A stretch of 64,000 bases of DNA, from positions 7,093,808 to 7,157,807 of the forward strand of contig CM082585.2 of NCBI GenBank assembly GCA_040954595.2, read 5' to 3'. This document shows, one piece after another, positions 10,889 to 34,427 of the stretch. The translations under genes and the position numbers were made by a program. The notes under the pieces are model-generated. The model was given only the letters and a program-made list of their open reading frames with translations, was not told the origin of the DNA and ran no database searches. How positions within the stretch are numbered: the stretch's first letter is position 1; the number at the start of each line of letters is the position of its first letter. This DNA comes from Balanoglossus misakiensis. Its lineage: Eukaryota; Animalia; Hemichordata.

Positions 10889-13800
10889 ACGCCAGTACGA
10901 CACGCTGCTCTCTCTGCTGAGCAACACCCTGCCCGTCAGTCGTAAGTGTATGTGTGGCGTCAGTCGTAGTTCCTCAATGTCCAGTCGCTCCATATCAAGT
11001 CCCGAGAGTCACAAGTCCATCAACAGTCCGCAAGAAAGCATCCGCTCGCTAGCCAGCCCGACGGACAGCAGCAGTACCAGTCATATTTCCAGCCCTGAAA
11101 TGACGTGGGTGCGACAAGCCATCGTGAAATATTGGTACACCTAATCAATGCATATCCCCCCCCACACACACACACACAGCCAGTGTAGTTACCCATAGAA
11201 CAATAAAAAGAAACTGTTCCATTGTATATTTTAGGAGTGTTAAAATGCAAGACCTGGAGTATAAAACAAATTCCTACAATATGTGTTTCTTATAATCCAA
11301 ATATCAATCTTTTACAAGGACAATGGAGAACAGATTAGTTTTTAGCAACGTGAGAATCTAATAATAATGTTCTGAGCAACGTTTCTTGCCCTGATTGCCT
11401 GAAGAAGAAAAAAAGCCGGATTTCGGCACCATGGGGTCTGGCAACAACGGTGTTGTTTCCATGGCAACAATGCCAAAAAATAAACAATAATTTTGTAATC
11501 AGATATTTGAAATATTTTAAGATAAGCTAGTTTATTTTCTTGAAATCGGCAGACGGAAATCGCTGTCTGCCCAAGAGCTGGTACATTTTTGTCACTGAAG
11601 AAAATGGTGATAGTTTCCTTATTTTCCCTTTTAGTTGATATTACGGTCGAGTAATATTAACTGTTGAAAAGTCAGCCAGTTTGTGGTGGAAAACCGTTTT
11701 GAGTTTGTACAGGTCTAATCTAATCTTTATAGCTTCGGAATGTCAGATATAAAATTAAGGGTTGGGGCTGAGTTGTTAGCTAAATTTACCAATGTGAAGA
11801 CTTTTTCTATCCTAACCCAACCTTCCAGTTGAAGAAGTTAGTTGTAGTTGCCATAGTTTTGAAAAAAAAAGAATAAAAACGCAAAACTTTCAGCTTCTAA
11901 TAATCCCTCTTAAGCATGGCCCTGACAAACACCATGGTTTCTTGCAGAAGATGTTTATTTTACATTTTTGTGGTACCTCATAGTTGACATTTTGATTGCA
12001 AGGTAATGGGCTTTTAAAGCCACTTTCTGGTAAATTTACTAATGTTTCTTGATACAATAATCATTGGTCATTTCTGTAGACAGATCATCAGTTTCCCTGA
12101 CAACAGATTGGATTGTTAATCCATTGTTCTTAATATCAATATTTCTCTCGGCTGCTTGATAAAAAACTTGTTTGAAGTTTTATTGATTTACATAGTAGCA
12201 TTTAAATTATTCAAAACTCCCAGACTAGATATGTGAGAGCAGTCTGTGTCCCATTTCTGCCAAAAAAGACACCACAAACAGTGACAAACCTCTGCCTACC
12301 TTATACAAACCAGGTTTTATCTTTGTCGTTGCCCAGCTTTTTTCGTGCAATTTTAATGTTATTGATATCATGAATCTGTTCAGTGAAAAAAATACATTGT
12401 ACTATTTGTGCTTCTTGCAAAATATGACGCCAGTTTCATTACTGTCTCTGCAGTAATCTCTGACTGTATGTGAGCAAAGTAATTCCACAAATTATGGCAG
12501 TAATCCAAGAATATTTTTACCGTATATTATTTGCAATGAAGACAGTGGTATAGTTTATATATATAGTGAGACTCAACAAGATATGAATTGAACCCAGGAC
12601 AATCCTCAACTGTACACGCATACTGAAAAGTTTTCCCAGTTCCCAAACTTTTACACACAATGCATCTGTCTTGGCGCGTCTGTAACCTGATCAGGTTTGA
12701 CTTGATTCCGGACACATTTTCTTTTACTGATTATTTGTATTTTGTCATGTACATGTATATGCAGAATTTATTTGGCAGTCTGTACACAGCAAATCACATA
12801 GATAGAACACCAATGCAGACATGATACATATATGTAAATCTCACTACAGTTGTTGATAGATTCTTCATTTCCATCAGATATTACACATTTCAGGTAATAT
12901 TGTCTCTATGCATAGATCATTGTTTTATCATCAGTCTGGAAGGTTTACATTAACCTACCGTAATCATCCTGTCATCTACATGTATGTAATCCTTGTTTGT
13001 GTCCTTTTCACACTTTGTGTATCATATATCCATACATGCAGCCAAAATTGGTTGTATCCAGATGGCTGTGAATTTTTCACGATTCAAGGGCTGAAATTAG
13101 CCATGGTTTATAGCTTCTGGAAGTTACGTGTGGTAAACTATGGTTAGATAATCCGGAAGTCATAGCTGTGGCTTGTCAGCGTTATTCTTCGGTAATATCG
13201 TGAAGTTAGTTAACCCCAGGGTTAAGAGTCACTCGGTAGTTAACCATGGTTCTTCAGTGGTTATAATTTTCAATTGTGGTTGACAAAATGGTGGTGTATG
13301 ATTTAATATTAACTCCCTTGGTTTAACCAGTCACTGATTTGTAATACATGTAGCTGGTCTGTGATTAGTACAGTAGATAGTGTTCAGGTGGTCTTTTTGG
13401 ATCATATCATGAGGTAAACGTGAACATGACAAGAAATTGGCAATTTTATCCTCTTCTCTATCCATCGAAATCATTGCACCAAACTTGCTCCTCCAAAGTC
13501 TGTTTTTTTTCTGACCCGATCAAATGTACCACATGTCAAGCTTAATTTACATTTTATGTCCATAGAGGACGCTGTTGGCACAAACCCCATGTTTGTTTTC
13601 CATTTTGTCTTCCACAGTACACTTGTGTTTTAAGTTTATTAGAAATCAGGAATGTCACTCGATATATACATAATTTATTTGTGTTTTAATGAGAAACAAA
13701 TTTGTACATATTCAATAATTTCATGTTCGCCCTGTAGATTATATCAGAGGTAAACATTTTTTTTTGCGTGAGATGTTTTATTTTTGTAAAACTTTTCATT

Positions 13801-15927
13801 GAAAACGAAAGTAATAATTCAAATAGCTTTAGGTGTGATATTTCATTTCTGACCATAGAGGGCGCTGTAAGTATACGTCATATTTATTGTAATGGAAGTC
13901 GGTGTACACAAGCCACATTGGATACTAGTGGACAAATTTGAAGTTGATCCAAACTGCTTGCAAATCATGTAGAAAAAACACTAGTAATGTCTGCTTTCTG
14001 ATTTTTCCAAGACTGTAGAAATTTTCTTTTCAAGTCTTGCCATTGTTTCAATTGATTCTGTGGCATGTGAAATTTAATACTTATGACACTATAAATCACA
14101 TATAAAAATTTGACCAGACAGCTCTTTGATATCTGACCCAAGATTATTTTGACGTTAAGTGGAAATCACTGCAGAAAGGCGCCTGCTGCCTAACCAATAT
14201 ATTATCTCATTTTGTTCTGAAGGTAAAAAATTAGGTAATTTGTTCGTGGACAACTACAATTAACAATACTACATTACCAAGAGCAATTGAGGGAATTGGT
14301 GTTTCAGTTTTATTGGAAAGGGAAGTGGTTTGGATCTTGTAATATTATGCTCTGTATAATTTGACTGGACAAAAATCAGTGTGACAGCATTGGTAAATAG
14401 TGCTCAGTGCTTATGTTAGCTTAACATGTACCCTCCTCAGTAGCTATTCAAATCCCTTTCATTGTCTGCAGTGGACATTAATTTAAAATCACACCAAACT
14501 GAAATTTCCAAGCGAGCTGAGAAAATACAGCTTGCTATGATGTCATCACAGCAATTGACCTTTGACCCTTCCAATTTATCATACTGCGTGTGGGAGGCAA
14601 ACAGTTCTGTCATTTATACTATCAGAAGGTTGCTATTATACCAGTATAATGATAGCAAATTTTTAGCTCAGCATTTTCAAGTTTTCTGTCCATGTGTATG
14701 ACCAGTTTTTCCTCAAATGCATTCTTCTACGGCAGTAATGGAGGAAACAAAACATCCTAAATAGCTTGCCTGTTGGTAGCAGCATTATATTTTAAGAATA
14801 CCATACCCTTCAACAGCAGTAAGACTTACAAAACTCATTCAAAATTTAGCAATTATCATTGATGTTTGTATCATGAAGAAAATTACTTTTCTGATTTTGC
14901 GTTGCTATAGCAACTCATCTTTTTTATTAATCTGTAGATTTTTTTTTGAGGGCAAAACCGATCTGTACTTGCTTTCACATTGCTGTGTACATAATTGCCA
15001 ATGTGAAATAAAAACCCAAATGTAGTAGGTATGTAAATAACTGGATTCTGTTTCGATATTCCTGTGTGTAACTGTGTGTGAAGTATTTCCTAAATCTGTT
15101 CATTTGTCTCCATGCTGTATGTGTGTGTTTGTGTGCACTAGTGCATGCATGAACATGAATATATGTATGTATGAATGCATACATGTGTGTCTGTCTATCT
15201 ACTAGTATCTATCACTGTACATGTTTGTGTTGGGGGGGGGGGTTAGGTAATGTGTCCCAAATAGGCTTAGATTATCATCACAGTGACAAATTTCTGGTTT
15301 CTCTGGTTTGTGTAATGACACGCGAACAAATTCGTGCTTCATCAATCTCGTTTTATTGCAACTTAAAGGTTGGCGCGTGCGTGTATACGTATTTGATCAG
15401 GGAGCAGCTTCAACAAACGAAAAGCACGTCCAACACCACCACTGATGGCGCTGTTCATTCCGATTTCAGTGAAATCCACACCGGAAACTACAGACAAGGA
15501 ATCCCCATCTTCGCTGTCTATTCAAGTGGCTTTTTCTTCTGACTGAGGTAAGTTTCTTTTATAAAACGTACAAAATAGGCTTCTAGCAAACTAGCTTCTC
15601 CAGCTTTACTGGTCAATTAGCGTATGCGACGCGTATTTAGGAAAGAAATACAACATTTCTCTCCGCGTTTCAAACTGTAGGCCCTTCGCGGTGTAGTCGC
15701 ATGCACCTGTCCAATGCAGGTCAAAATTTGGAAGGCCTAATTAATGCCCGGGCCCCTACCAAAATTTAAAATAAATTCTGGCCTACTCAGCCCTCGACTG
15801 AAGCTCCCTATTTCTTTTGGCAAGAATGGCTTGTCCTACGTTATGTAAATGTCAGAACTCATTTATTATTTACTCCCGTCCACTCTGGTAACGACTGTAG
15901 GTAGGGCAAATAGGCCCATTATTGTTT

Positions 15928-16752
15928 TCATGTCTCAACAACGTAAGTAGCCACGACACTTTGTCGAAATATGCGACAGCCTGTACATAGCGTTACAAAC
16001 GCAGCGACAATGGAAACGATGATCATGAAACCGTTCACAATCTGTATCACGTCGAAATGATAACTCGTGATGTTAGCGAGGTGGCGGTAGCAACCGTTGC
16101 TGTACACGAGAGTCGAGTTCACCGTCGCCTCGCAGTCGACGAACGGGTCGTCCGAATTGCAGTGGCAGGAAGACGGGACGGTTTGAGAGCGGATGCCCGC
16201 GACTGTGGCCCAGTCTGTGAAATTGTCCGTCCCGCAGCACGCGTTGTCGCTCTGGAGCCCGTCCCAGCACTGCGCGATCCTCTCGTCTTCCCCGCCGTAC
16301 AACGCCATCGATTCCAGCATGTCTTGATGCAGAGCGCCGCCGACGCCCAGCTGGGACACCTTCACCGCTGACGTGATGATCGCGGCACACTGGAAGGATA
16401 TCACCACGAACAGGACCATGACGAACGAGCGCATGTCTCTGGCGCGAGAGCTCTGCAGTGTCAAAGTGTCCATGCACGACAGGGCCAGAACGAACACGCC
16501 GGCTATTATGGTCAGCACACACGGCCAATACACACTGACGTAGGTCACACGGTTGCAAGTCCTGTCTTGAGCAATCATGACGGTCCCCATGACGATGAGA
16601 AGCAATCCTGACGTCAGAAAAACAATTATCTGGACCAGCATCACCCATCTTATGTTGTGCTTTTTCTCTCCGACCGATTGTTGCTTCAAGTCGGCTTGGC
16701 TGCCGAAATCTTTCTCGAAGTCCGACTGAGTGGTTGAACCGTGGTCCGACAT
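15928..16752 (-). CDS. Tetraspanin family protein, intronless CDS, about 274 aa (alternative in-frame ATG at 16782)
   Basis: Four hydrophobic segments; large extracellular loop with WDGLQSDNACCG..DW, VPSSC and YSNGCY tetraspanin motifs. AATAAA on - strand at 15862-15867. Splice acceptor upstream of the ATG (exon starts 16855). Confidence 0.92.
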   Translation of the reverse strand: MSDHGSTTQSDFEKDFGSQADLKQQSVGEKKHNIRWVMLVQIIVFLTSGLLLIVMGTVMIAQDRTCNRVTYVSVYWPCVLTIIAGVFVLALSCMDTLTLQSSRARDMRSFVMVLFVVISFQCAAIITSAVKVSQLGVGGALHQDMLESMALYGGEDERIAQCWDGLQSDNACCGTDNFTDWATVAGIRSQTVPSSCHCNSDDPFVDCEATVNSTLVYSNGCYRHLANITSYHFDVIQIVNGFMIIVSIVAAFVTLCTGCRIFRQSVVATYVVET

Positions 16753-17229
16753 TGTCTGAGTTGTACAGAGTGGCAAAAGCATGCAATCGTCGACTGGAGT
16801 CAATTCCTAGAAACACTCTTCAGATCATCCCCAAAACTGTCTGGCGGTGTTTATCCTGAAATAGATGAAACCCATCAATGTGGAGCACTGGTACGATGAT
16901 GAATCACAACACAAATACGCTGGACAAAAATACTTCCAAGCTCAGTACTGAAATTTAACGAAGCTCGTTTTTACTGTGACACCGCAAAACAGTTATGTGG
17001 ATACGGATGTCGTGAACTCGTACAACAACGTAATTCCATTCCGTTTCGCCACTCGTATGACAGCAACACTTCCGTTCTGCTGTAAATGTTTCTGAAAGTT
17101 TGTGTATTTTACCGCACTACATTTTCATTTTTAATACATAACAGTGAGAAGAAGCGAGACTTCTTTACTTCTCGTCGCTTCTCCTCGCTGACAACGTGAT
17201 GCTGGAGTAAAATTATTAGTAATACCTAC

Positions 17230-17405
17230 CCTGTAGGACAGAGATTGTAATGTGAGTTAATTGGCTCAGAACTGCTGCGCTTTTAGCCAGGGAGTCGAGA
17301 GGACTTGAATTACATTATTGATCCAGGCCGGGGTTATAATTGCAAAGCTCTTGAACACATTTATTCCTGCCGCGAATAAGTGCTCTGTAGGGAAACCTTT
17401 TTATA
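17230..17405 (-). promoter_or_regulatory. Candidate TATA promoter and non-coding first exon of the tetraspanin gene
   Basis: TATAAA on - strand at 17400-17405; donor G|GTAGGT after 17230; matching acceptor TTTCAG before 16855. Confidence 0.4.
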
Positions 17406-20400
17406 TAAAACGAGTACGTTTAGCTTATAGACAGTACCCCGTCGTTAAAAAAACCCTTAAAAATACACGTCTATATATTAACAAAATTATTTCCTAAAAT
17501 AAATTTAGTGATTTATTGGTGAAGGAAAGCCTACTCAAAGCATATAATAATAGAATCAGGTGACTGCTGATACTATTAAATTTCAGACTCAAACCAACCA
17601 GGCTAATCATTCTGTTTTTATATAGTCTGTGTAAATATTTATTTGAAGGCTTTCATAAAAGACAAAACATATAATGGACCTTAGACACACCATAGCATGC
17701 ATTGAGCTGTAAGGTTTGGCAATTTCAGAATGTCAGTATTCACATGATGATGACGTTGAAGGTGGTTTTGTTGATCAATTTCCGTGTCGCGACTCAAATC
17801 CTTACCGGCGATTCAGATCACGTGTCCGTGTTCGACTGGAAAGGGTCAGCGGGTTAATCCGTTTTAGACTTAAGCCTAATCTCATTTATATTATAATCTG
17901 GCATCTGCAGTGAAGATTATGATGGGGGGCTATTACGTACAACGCATGGTATTACTACAGAAAACGACCCATTGTTATTTACTCTTGTTCAGTTGTCACG
18001 AAGGAGATTTCGTCTTCCGCTGCCCCTAGCGTTGATGCGTAATTCGAAGCCCGAATTATCTGTATGTACATTTGGTTTGTGAAGTGACCGTAAAATCATA
18101 ATATCAAACGCTGGCAACCGTCGCGAGAAAATGACGTAGATGGTCGCAGCTGGACGGTATCGTCTAGATATATCAGAGGCATACTAAGCCGAAGAAAAAC
18201 ATAACCCTGGTAAAATATAGTTTACGGGGTCGAACATTCGAGTATAAAATATCAAAAGGTCAGGAAAATAATCTATATTGTCACAAAGGTGTGTGGTCAG
18301 GCATGGTCTCCTAAATAGACGACAGCGTTGTGTTCAATCACAGAAAGACACATGCACGTACAGGCAGACAGATAGATAGATAGACAGAGATTAAGTGACG
18401 TTAGAGAAAGGTGAGGGGGCGACTGAATCATAAATAGCTGCGATTGCAATCAAAGAAACGACGTCCGCGTGACGTATGCGTGTGCTCTGGAAAATAGCCT
18501 CTTCATGGCCCATATACTGGTAACACAATTACGCTTATTTGATATAAGAAGTAAATACGTCATTATACTAATTTGTATAGCATGCGGGGTTTTGTTGAAA
18601 ATATAATACACGTTTATCGAATATATGGTATCCTTAAACACTGATGACAGAGTGGATGATTTTATCGACGACATTATAAATATAGGGTTGACAGAACTAC
18701 TGCGCGTAGCTACTAGTAGTTTATGTTCTGTTTTGTCATATGAATGTATACATGATCAAACACAAGGTCTTATGCGTCGTCAGGTGTGCGGCCATGCCAT
18801 GCATGTAGTATCAAATGTATCGTCAAAATACTGACTGTGGAAGCTGGTGTTTCTATCCAAACCCGCACTAAACATAGCACCCGAAAACGCGCAGGTTTTT
18901 TTGAAACGCCATGATTTTACTTGTGTATGCACGTCAATAGAAACCCCCATTCAATCTCGTTTTATGGCGATGATGGCCTTGAGACGACCGTCACTAAGTC
19001 TCCAACACTCACTACAACGCTCAACATACAAAGTCCTTTCATTTGAAGGCTATGAGAACGGGATTTCATGCGTGTTACCTCACTAATATAGATACTTGTT
19101 ACATCAATGAAGTAGACAAGCGAGCGTAAGACATATCGGCGTTGGAGACATTACAGCGGTACGTTCAATGCTTGACGATATAGCGATAGTGTTTTGAAAA
19201 TATAGGCCAGCAATTTGTCATTACATTTTAATACATTAAAAGCCACGTTCACAGCGCTGACATTTCAATCGCGGCTTCGCTAGCTTACAGCTTTGTTCTT
19301 ACCTGCGCTAGCTCATCGTGCGTTTTCTCGCCGTTCGTAGTTTTCCGTCGGTCTTGATCAGAAATTTGGTTGAAAGTGAGTGTCTTCTCGCTTTGAACAC
19401 AGACGGCTTCGTTCCTTTCTTTCCGTTAAATGGTGAGCGCCTGTCGGTTTGGAGCTCAATACGTGACCTTGTATATGTGCGAGAACGGTAAGGGTCACTC
19501 ATAATTTAACTATAAATGGATATTTTGACAGTCGTCGCGTAGCAACAGACAAACAAAGTGTGCGTGTCGTCTTAAGGCCTTCAACAGAATGCCAAATACA
19601 AATACACTTATGAGCCAACACCTTTCTTCTCATAACGATTAAAGAATGAAAGCCCAGTAGCTGTATATGTATGTGTTAGGCCTATTACAGTATCTGTAAA
19701 TACGCGTTTAATCCCTCTTGCTTTAAAATACACATTTTAAGCAATATCTCTTACTGTTGTTCTTAGGACGCTGTTGACAAAACTATTACGCAAATTATAG
19801 CCAGCTGCTTCGAAAAACAGTAATATTTAGTTTATCACACGGCCATATTTCGAAAAAAACACTTCAGGTTTTTATAAATTTTGTTTCTTCAACGCGGTAA
19901 AATTCCGACAGTAAGACGTATTACTAAATTTATTAGCGTTCTGAGTTAATGAATCGAATTTAGTAATTGGTCTGAATACGTAGCGGCTGCACTGGCACTC
20001 AGTTGCCTTGGGTAGGCTTGAACCGGTCTTATTGTCTGATAGCTCAAAGGACTTCGTTTTGGTTGCTAAGGGCATATCATTACTTTTAGTCTGGGTTGGT
20101 CGATAGGCCACTTTCATGACTCTGGGTGACTTTTAAATCCTGGTGTTTGGTTGGCATGACATCATACACCAGTCAACGTAATTACAGATAACATTCAGTA
20201 TTTGTAACGGACACAAATTTTAGTCCTAGGATGAGTTAGAGTGCACAATTAACTATGCTTGACTATTTTAAACTTATACCAACAAAATGCCCAGATGAGT
20301 AAAGGTCACATAGGGGTCATGAAATTGGCCCAGGTGCTTTGATGTACGTCAGAAGCACACGCTCTACGCCTGGGAGTGTCGTACATACGTCAATGAAAAC

Positions 20401-20955
20401 AATCATTCAGATATTAATCTTTCATATGATTGTTTTATTTCCTGATTTTCCATTACTCATGACGAACTCGCACAAACAACCATAGGGTTACACTAAATGG
20501 ACAGAAATGAAAGTTTACACATGTAGAAACCATAACTCCTATCAGCCTACCAGAGCAAAAGATGATCAGATTATCATGTTGATCTTTAGTTATGATCGAA
20601 TTATGTAGAATAAAATTGAGACATTTAAAAACATAGGTATTTGCTTTATATACACGGAAAGCAAGAAAATTGAAACACAAACTCAGTCAGCCTCCAGACT
20701 TGGGCCCATCACATCTCTTTTAAGAGAATCGAAATAAACTATAATTAGCGCCATACAATAATTTTATTGGTATTGATTTAAAGTTATATCGACTAGACAT
20801 AAAAACGCAACAGGCTTCCATTCAATAAAACGTTTCTCTTCGCTCTCAGAATTTTTTCGCTGACCCATGCAATCATGCACGTTTCTGTGACTGAAGCCCT
20901 TGCGGTCAGAGTTTCAGTCACGGTGATGTTTGAATGTTGTTGGGTGCCGCAGTGC

Positions 20956-30905
<9,950 letters not shown>

Positions 30906-31739
30906 TTTTGGGGGCTGTGGGTAGAAGCCTGTTTTGAAATAAACACACACACACACACGTACACGTGGTTGGGCTCTGACCAGTGAGGATTTTCGTTTGG
31001 CTGTGGGAGGCGCCAATTGTCTTTCAAGGGGCGAGGCGAGGGTTGAGGCGAGGGTTATGTAAGAGGAAAGTCAGTGCGCATGTGCATTCAGACGATATCC
31101 ACTGAAAACGACCTTGTTACCCCAAGTTCTCAGCCACGTTTTGAAACCAGAATTTAATCATCAAGATTGATTCACATCTTCATTAAGGCATATCGTTGAC
31201 CCCGCCCTTCATTAGGCCCGAGTGATGCGGCGTTCTTTGTCGTTGTTACGTAGCGACGATTGACTCAACGGTCGCTGAGGAATGCCAACCGTTGTGTTTA
31301 CAAAGATGGGATTAAAATGATAACCGATTCTTATTAACTTTGACCTACGATTGAAACGTAACGGCACCCAAACGATATAATTTTCGCATTTTCCCCCTTA
31401 ATATAGTTTAATTCTGACAAGCTTATACATAAATGGTGGTGAGGAATTTTTAAAAGGAAAAATGTCAGGCTTTACTGTATTCTACGACGAAGATTTTGGC
31501 TGTTGTTTTAACTCTTTTCTCACTGCGTGGCTATTACACATTAACGACTCTTGAGATGTTTATGTTGACTTTTGTACACATGGGGACATTTTTCACCGAC
31601 AGACGCACAGCAAAAAACAATACTTCCAAACGTTATGCGCGACGTTTTCCTAAGTAACTGCCGTAACGTAATTTTTAAACCCACGCTTGTGTGACTTGAA
31701 CATTTCCAATTTTTGAGACATCTAAGCAGTTGTTGCGTT

Positions 31740-31964
31740 ACCATGGAAGCAATAATTTTTCATCGCTTTGAGAAAGAATATTAAAACTGAGAGGCGCGGG
31801 GGGTACATTTTGAATTTCAAATTTTGGCTCTTACATTTGAAATTTTCCTCGGTGACCCCCATTTTTTTCTTAATTTTAAGGCAGAATAATCTTAAGTTGC
31901 TTTGAGCATATAATATGAGGAAAAAAAATTAAAAGTTTGATTTCCGAGGTGCATACTACCTTAA
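31740..31964. mobile_element. Possible terminal fragment of a TTAA-type DNA transposon
   Basis: Ends in gaggtgcatactacc-TTAA, resembling the 25575 element end; no matching left TIR found and left boundary approximate. Confidence 0.3.
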
Positions 31965-32755
31965 GTAACTGCCCTTGGAGTGACTTCGTGTACTCAGCTA
32001 ACTGATGTTTGCGTACAATAAGTAGGTAAGAATTTGATACGGATATCGTTATGAGTATTTCATATTTCGGTGTTGTACAAACCAGCGATCAAAGAATTAC
32101 TCGCTGTATGAGATTGTCTTTCTCCAAATCCCGGATATCGAATGACTAAAACGTTTCCAAATAAAGGCGCCAGCGGCTGGAATTCTTCAAGATATTATCA
32201 TAGGAGGGCGGGTCGCCATTTTACCATCTCGTGAAGTTGAATAGAATATGAATAGGTTCAGGTGCACTGTGACCATTCACCGATATATAAACATTGCGGA
32301 AATCTTGAGAAACACAAATCTTCTATCGAAAATGAATTTGCCAAAGAGTTAGGCAACGAAAACGGCGTACAGAACAGCATAAGTTTATACACAAATATAT
32401 AAAGCTGTAGATTTCATATGGAGATATTAAACACTGGACCGGACTTGTTTGAAGTTACTTTCAACACACAGAAGGGCGTTTATCTAATCCAAAACTTGTT
32501 TACTATTTTTACGAATTTAAAATTCAATGGTGCCGTTTTCTGTCCGAAGTATAGTGATTGCTAAGGATTTATTTTAGTCCGAATATTAACTCCAGGTCTG
32601 TCCATGAAACTGACGAGGCCAATAGTTTATGAAATTTTCACGCGCCACGCATTGCAGACGTACCCGGCACCATCATCACGAGACCACGAGTTCTTTATAG
32701 ATATTACCCGTCTTTACATCTGAAATTTGGCTTTTTATATAACTCTAGCGCTTAC

Positions 32756-32850
32756 CTTTGTCTAGAAGTCGAGTCGACTGTTCGGGTTGGTCGTCTTGTA
32801 CCAGACACCTATAGTCCTTTTGTGTGTCCACTGCAACTCAGCTGGGTGTG
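32756..32850 (-). other. Candidate non-coding first exon of ABCC5
   Basis: Strong donor AAG|GTAAG after 32756 on - strand; acceptor TTTCAAAACAG just upstream of the ABCC5 ATG (exon starts 30928); upstream boundary unknown. Confidence 0.35.
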
Positions 32851-34258
32851 GATGGTCAGCGGGACTTGCACCGTACCTATTGTCCCCCCGGTCGAGTCAG
32901 TGTGAGAGACCCCACCTTGTAACGTGATACTTTAAGTCATCCCTTATCTCATCTCAAGATTGTATGCGCCCAGGAAGATAAGAAACTGATTTGTTCGAGT
33001 TGAAGATGTCACGACCTTTGTACAAGATAGGTTACAAAAATACCCTTCACCTTTGACTCGATTCGTTCCCTCACAATATTTCCGCTGTTAATGAGAGACG
33101 CGGTGATTTTAAACGTAGTGTGAGTAATTTTCCCCATTTCAGAAACTGCCCATTTTTGAATGAATGCATAATTAACAGAAGGGAATTTCGCGTTCGCTGT
33201 ATCTTTGTCTTTCTGAGTTTGCGCAGAGTTCGCCATGCATCTCAGTAATGGCCGTCCTTCTCACGACAAACTCACAAGACGATAATGTTAATCGGTTACT
33301 TGATGGAGCGAGTATTACGATTCCCGCGGACGGTTTTCGTTGCCATGGGATACTCCAGTCAAACATTGTCGCCAAGAAACTGCCAGTGAACTTCTCGAGT
33401 CTAACCTGCAAACCGTTTATGTTTTAAGACCGTGTTTTTTCACTCTTAAGCACAAACCTGAAACTTGTATAACGCGCCATGCAAAAATGAATTTTCTTTT
33501 GGGTTTCTCGATGCCTCAGTGGTGTTTGGTCAGTTGGCATTGTTTCGCCAAAATGTAGAAAGAAAATTGCAAGGAGTTGTACCGTGACCTCTGCCCGTCC
33601 ATTCTTCGCGACAGTTAGTGACATTAAAGGTCAGATTGGTCAACGACTGTGATTGTCTACTCTTCCAAGATGAGTTACACTGTATAAAGGTTCCAAAAGG
33701 GAAGTATTTTGTCAAATCTTGAGATCTTAAACTCACAGAATTTTGAACAATCATCAAACGTTGCCTCAGAAACAGAATATTCTTCAGCGGTCTTATAACT
33801 CAACAAATCGGCCAGTAATCGGAATTTCGACATCTCCCCCCCTCCCCCCCCCCCAATATCACCAACAATGTAGACATTTTTCTACATCGCCGTCCGTGTT
33901 TAAATATTTGACGTCTGGCGCAACTAATGACACTTTTTATGGCTTTACAAATAACTTTTCAAAATATATTCAAAATACAAATAAGAGTACAGGCAATATA
34001 TAATTCGCAGATTGAAGCGTAATCCCACAGTTTGTTGTTAAACAGTTCAGTGTTTTTTTCTCAATTTGTTCAAGAAGCAACACAATGCAGTGACGTCAGG
34101 CATAAGTGAGTCGTCGATATGTACCGTAATGTCTGCGCTGCAGACGACTGTGGCAAAGCGAGATCGTGCAAGTGCGGCCTTGCGCCTTTGGCGCGTTGCC
34201 AGCGATAAAAACCAACGCTCGTGTCGAATCATTCAGACTCGCCTGTAAAAAAAAACCC

Positions 34259-34427
34259 CAGTCACATCTGATTTACATATGCCCACACATGGTCAGAAGG
34301 AGTTGTCCAATTACCCTGTGGTGGCGCTCTTTTTTGCGTGGTTACCCATTGGAAATCTGTGAGTGGCTGTATCTCCACTTTCTTTGGTAACTTTGGCCAA
34401 TTTTGAATAGGTGACTGTATACCTTTA
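34259..34427. mobile_element. Second, longer and diverged copy of the 25575 MITE, opposite orientation
   Basis: cagtcacatctgatttacatatgcccacacatgg ... tgagtggctgtatctc ... ataggtgactgtataccttta aligns to the reverse complement of 25579-25709, with about 45 bp of extra internal sequence. Confidence 0.7.

Noticed and set aside
11454-11468. RFX X-box-like gtttccatggcaac (similar site near 33339)
   Set aside because: Isolated short motifs, common in such genomes; no supporting promoter evidence
19303-19502. Basic 64-aa ORF ending just before a - strand donor
   Set aside because: No recognisable homology; could be an alternative non-coding tetraspanin exon but is unsupported
20887-20921. Hairpin in the ABCC5 3' UTR as a readthrough or SECIS signal
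   Set aside because: Only a 9-bp stem, no SECIS core, and an unremarkable stop context
32608-32640. Hammerhead-like ctgacga...gaaa core
   Set aside because: Stem II pairs poorly and no convincing stems I and III were found
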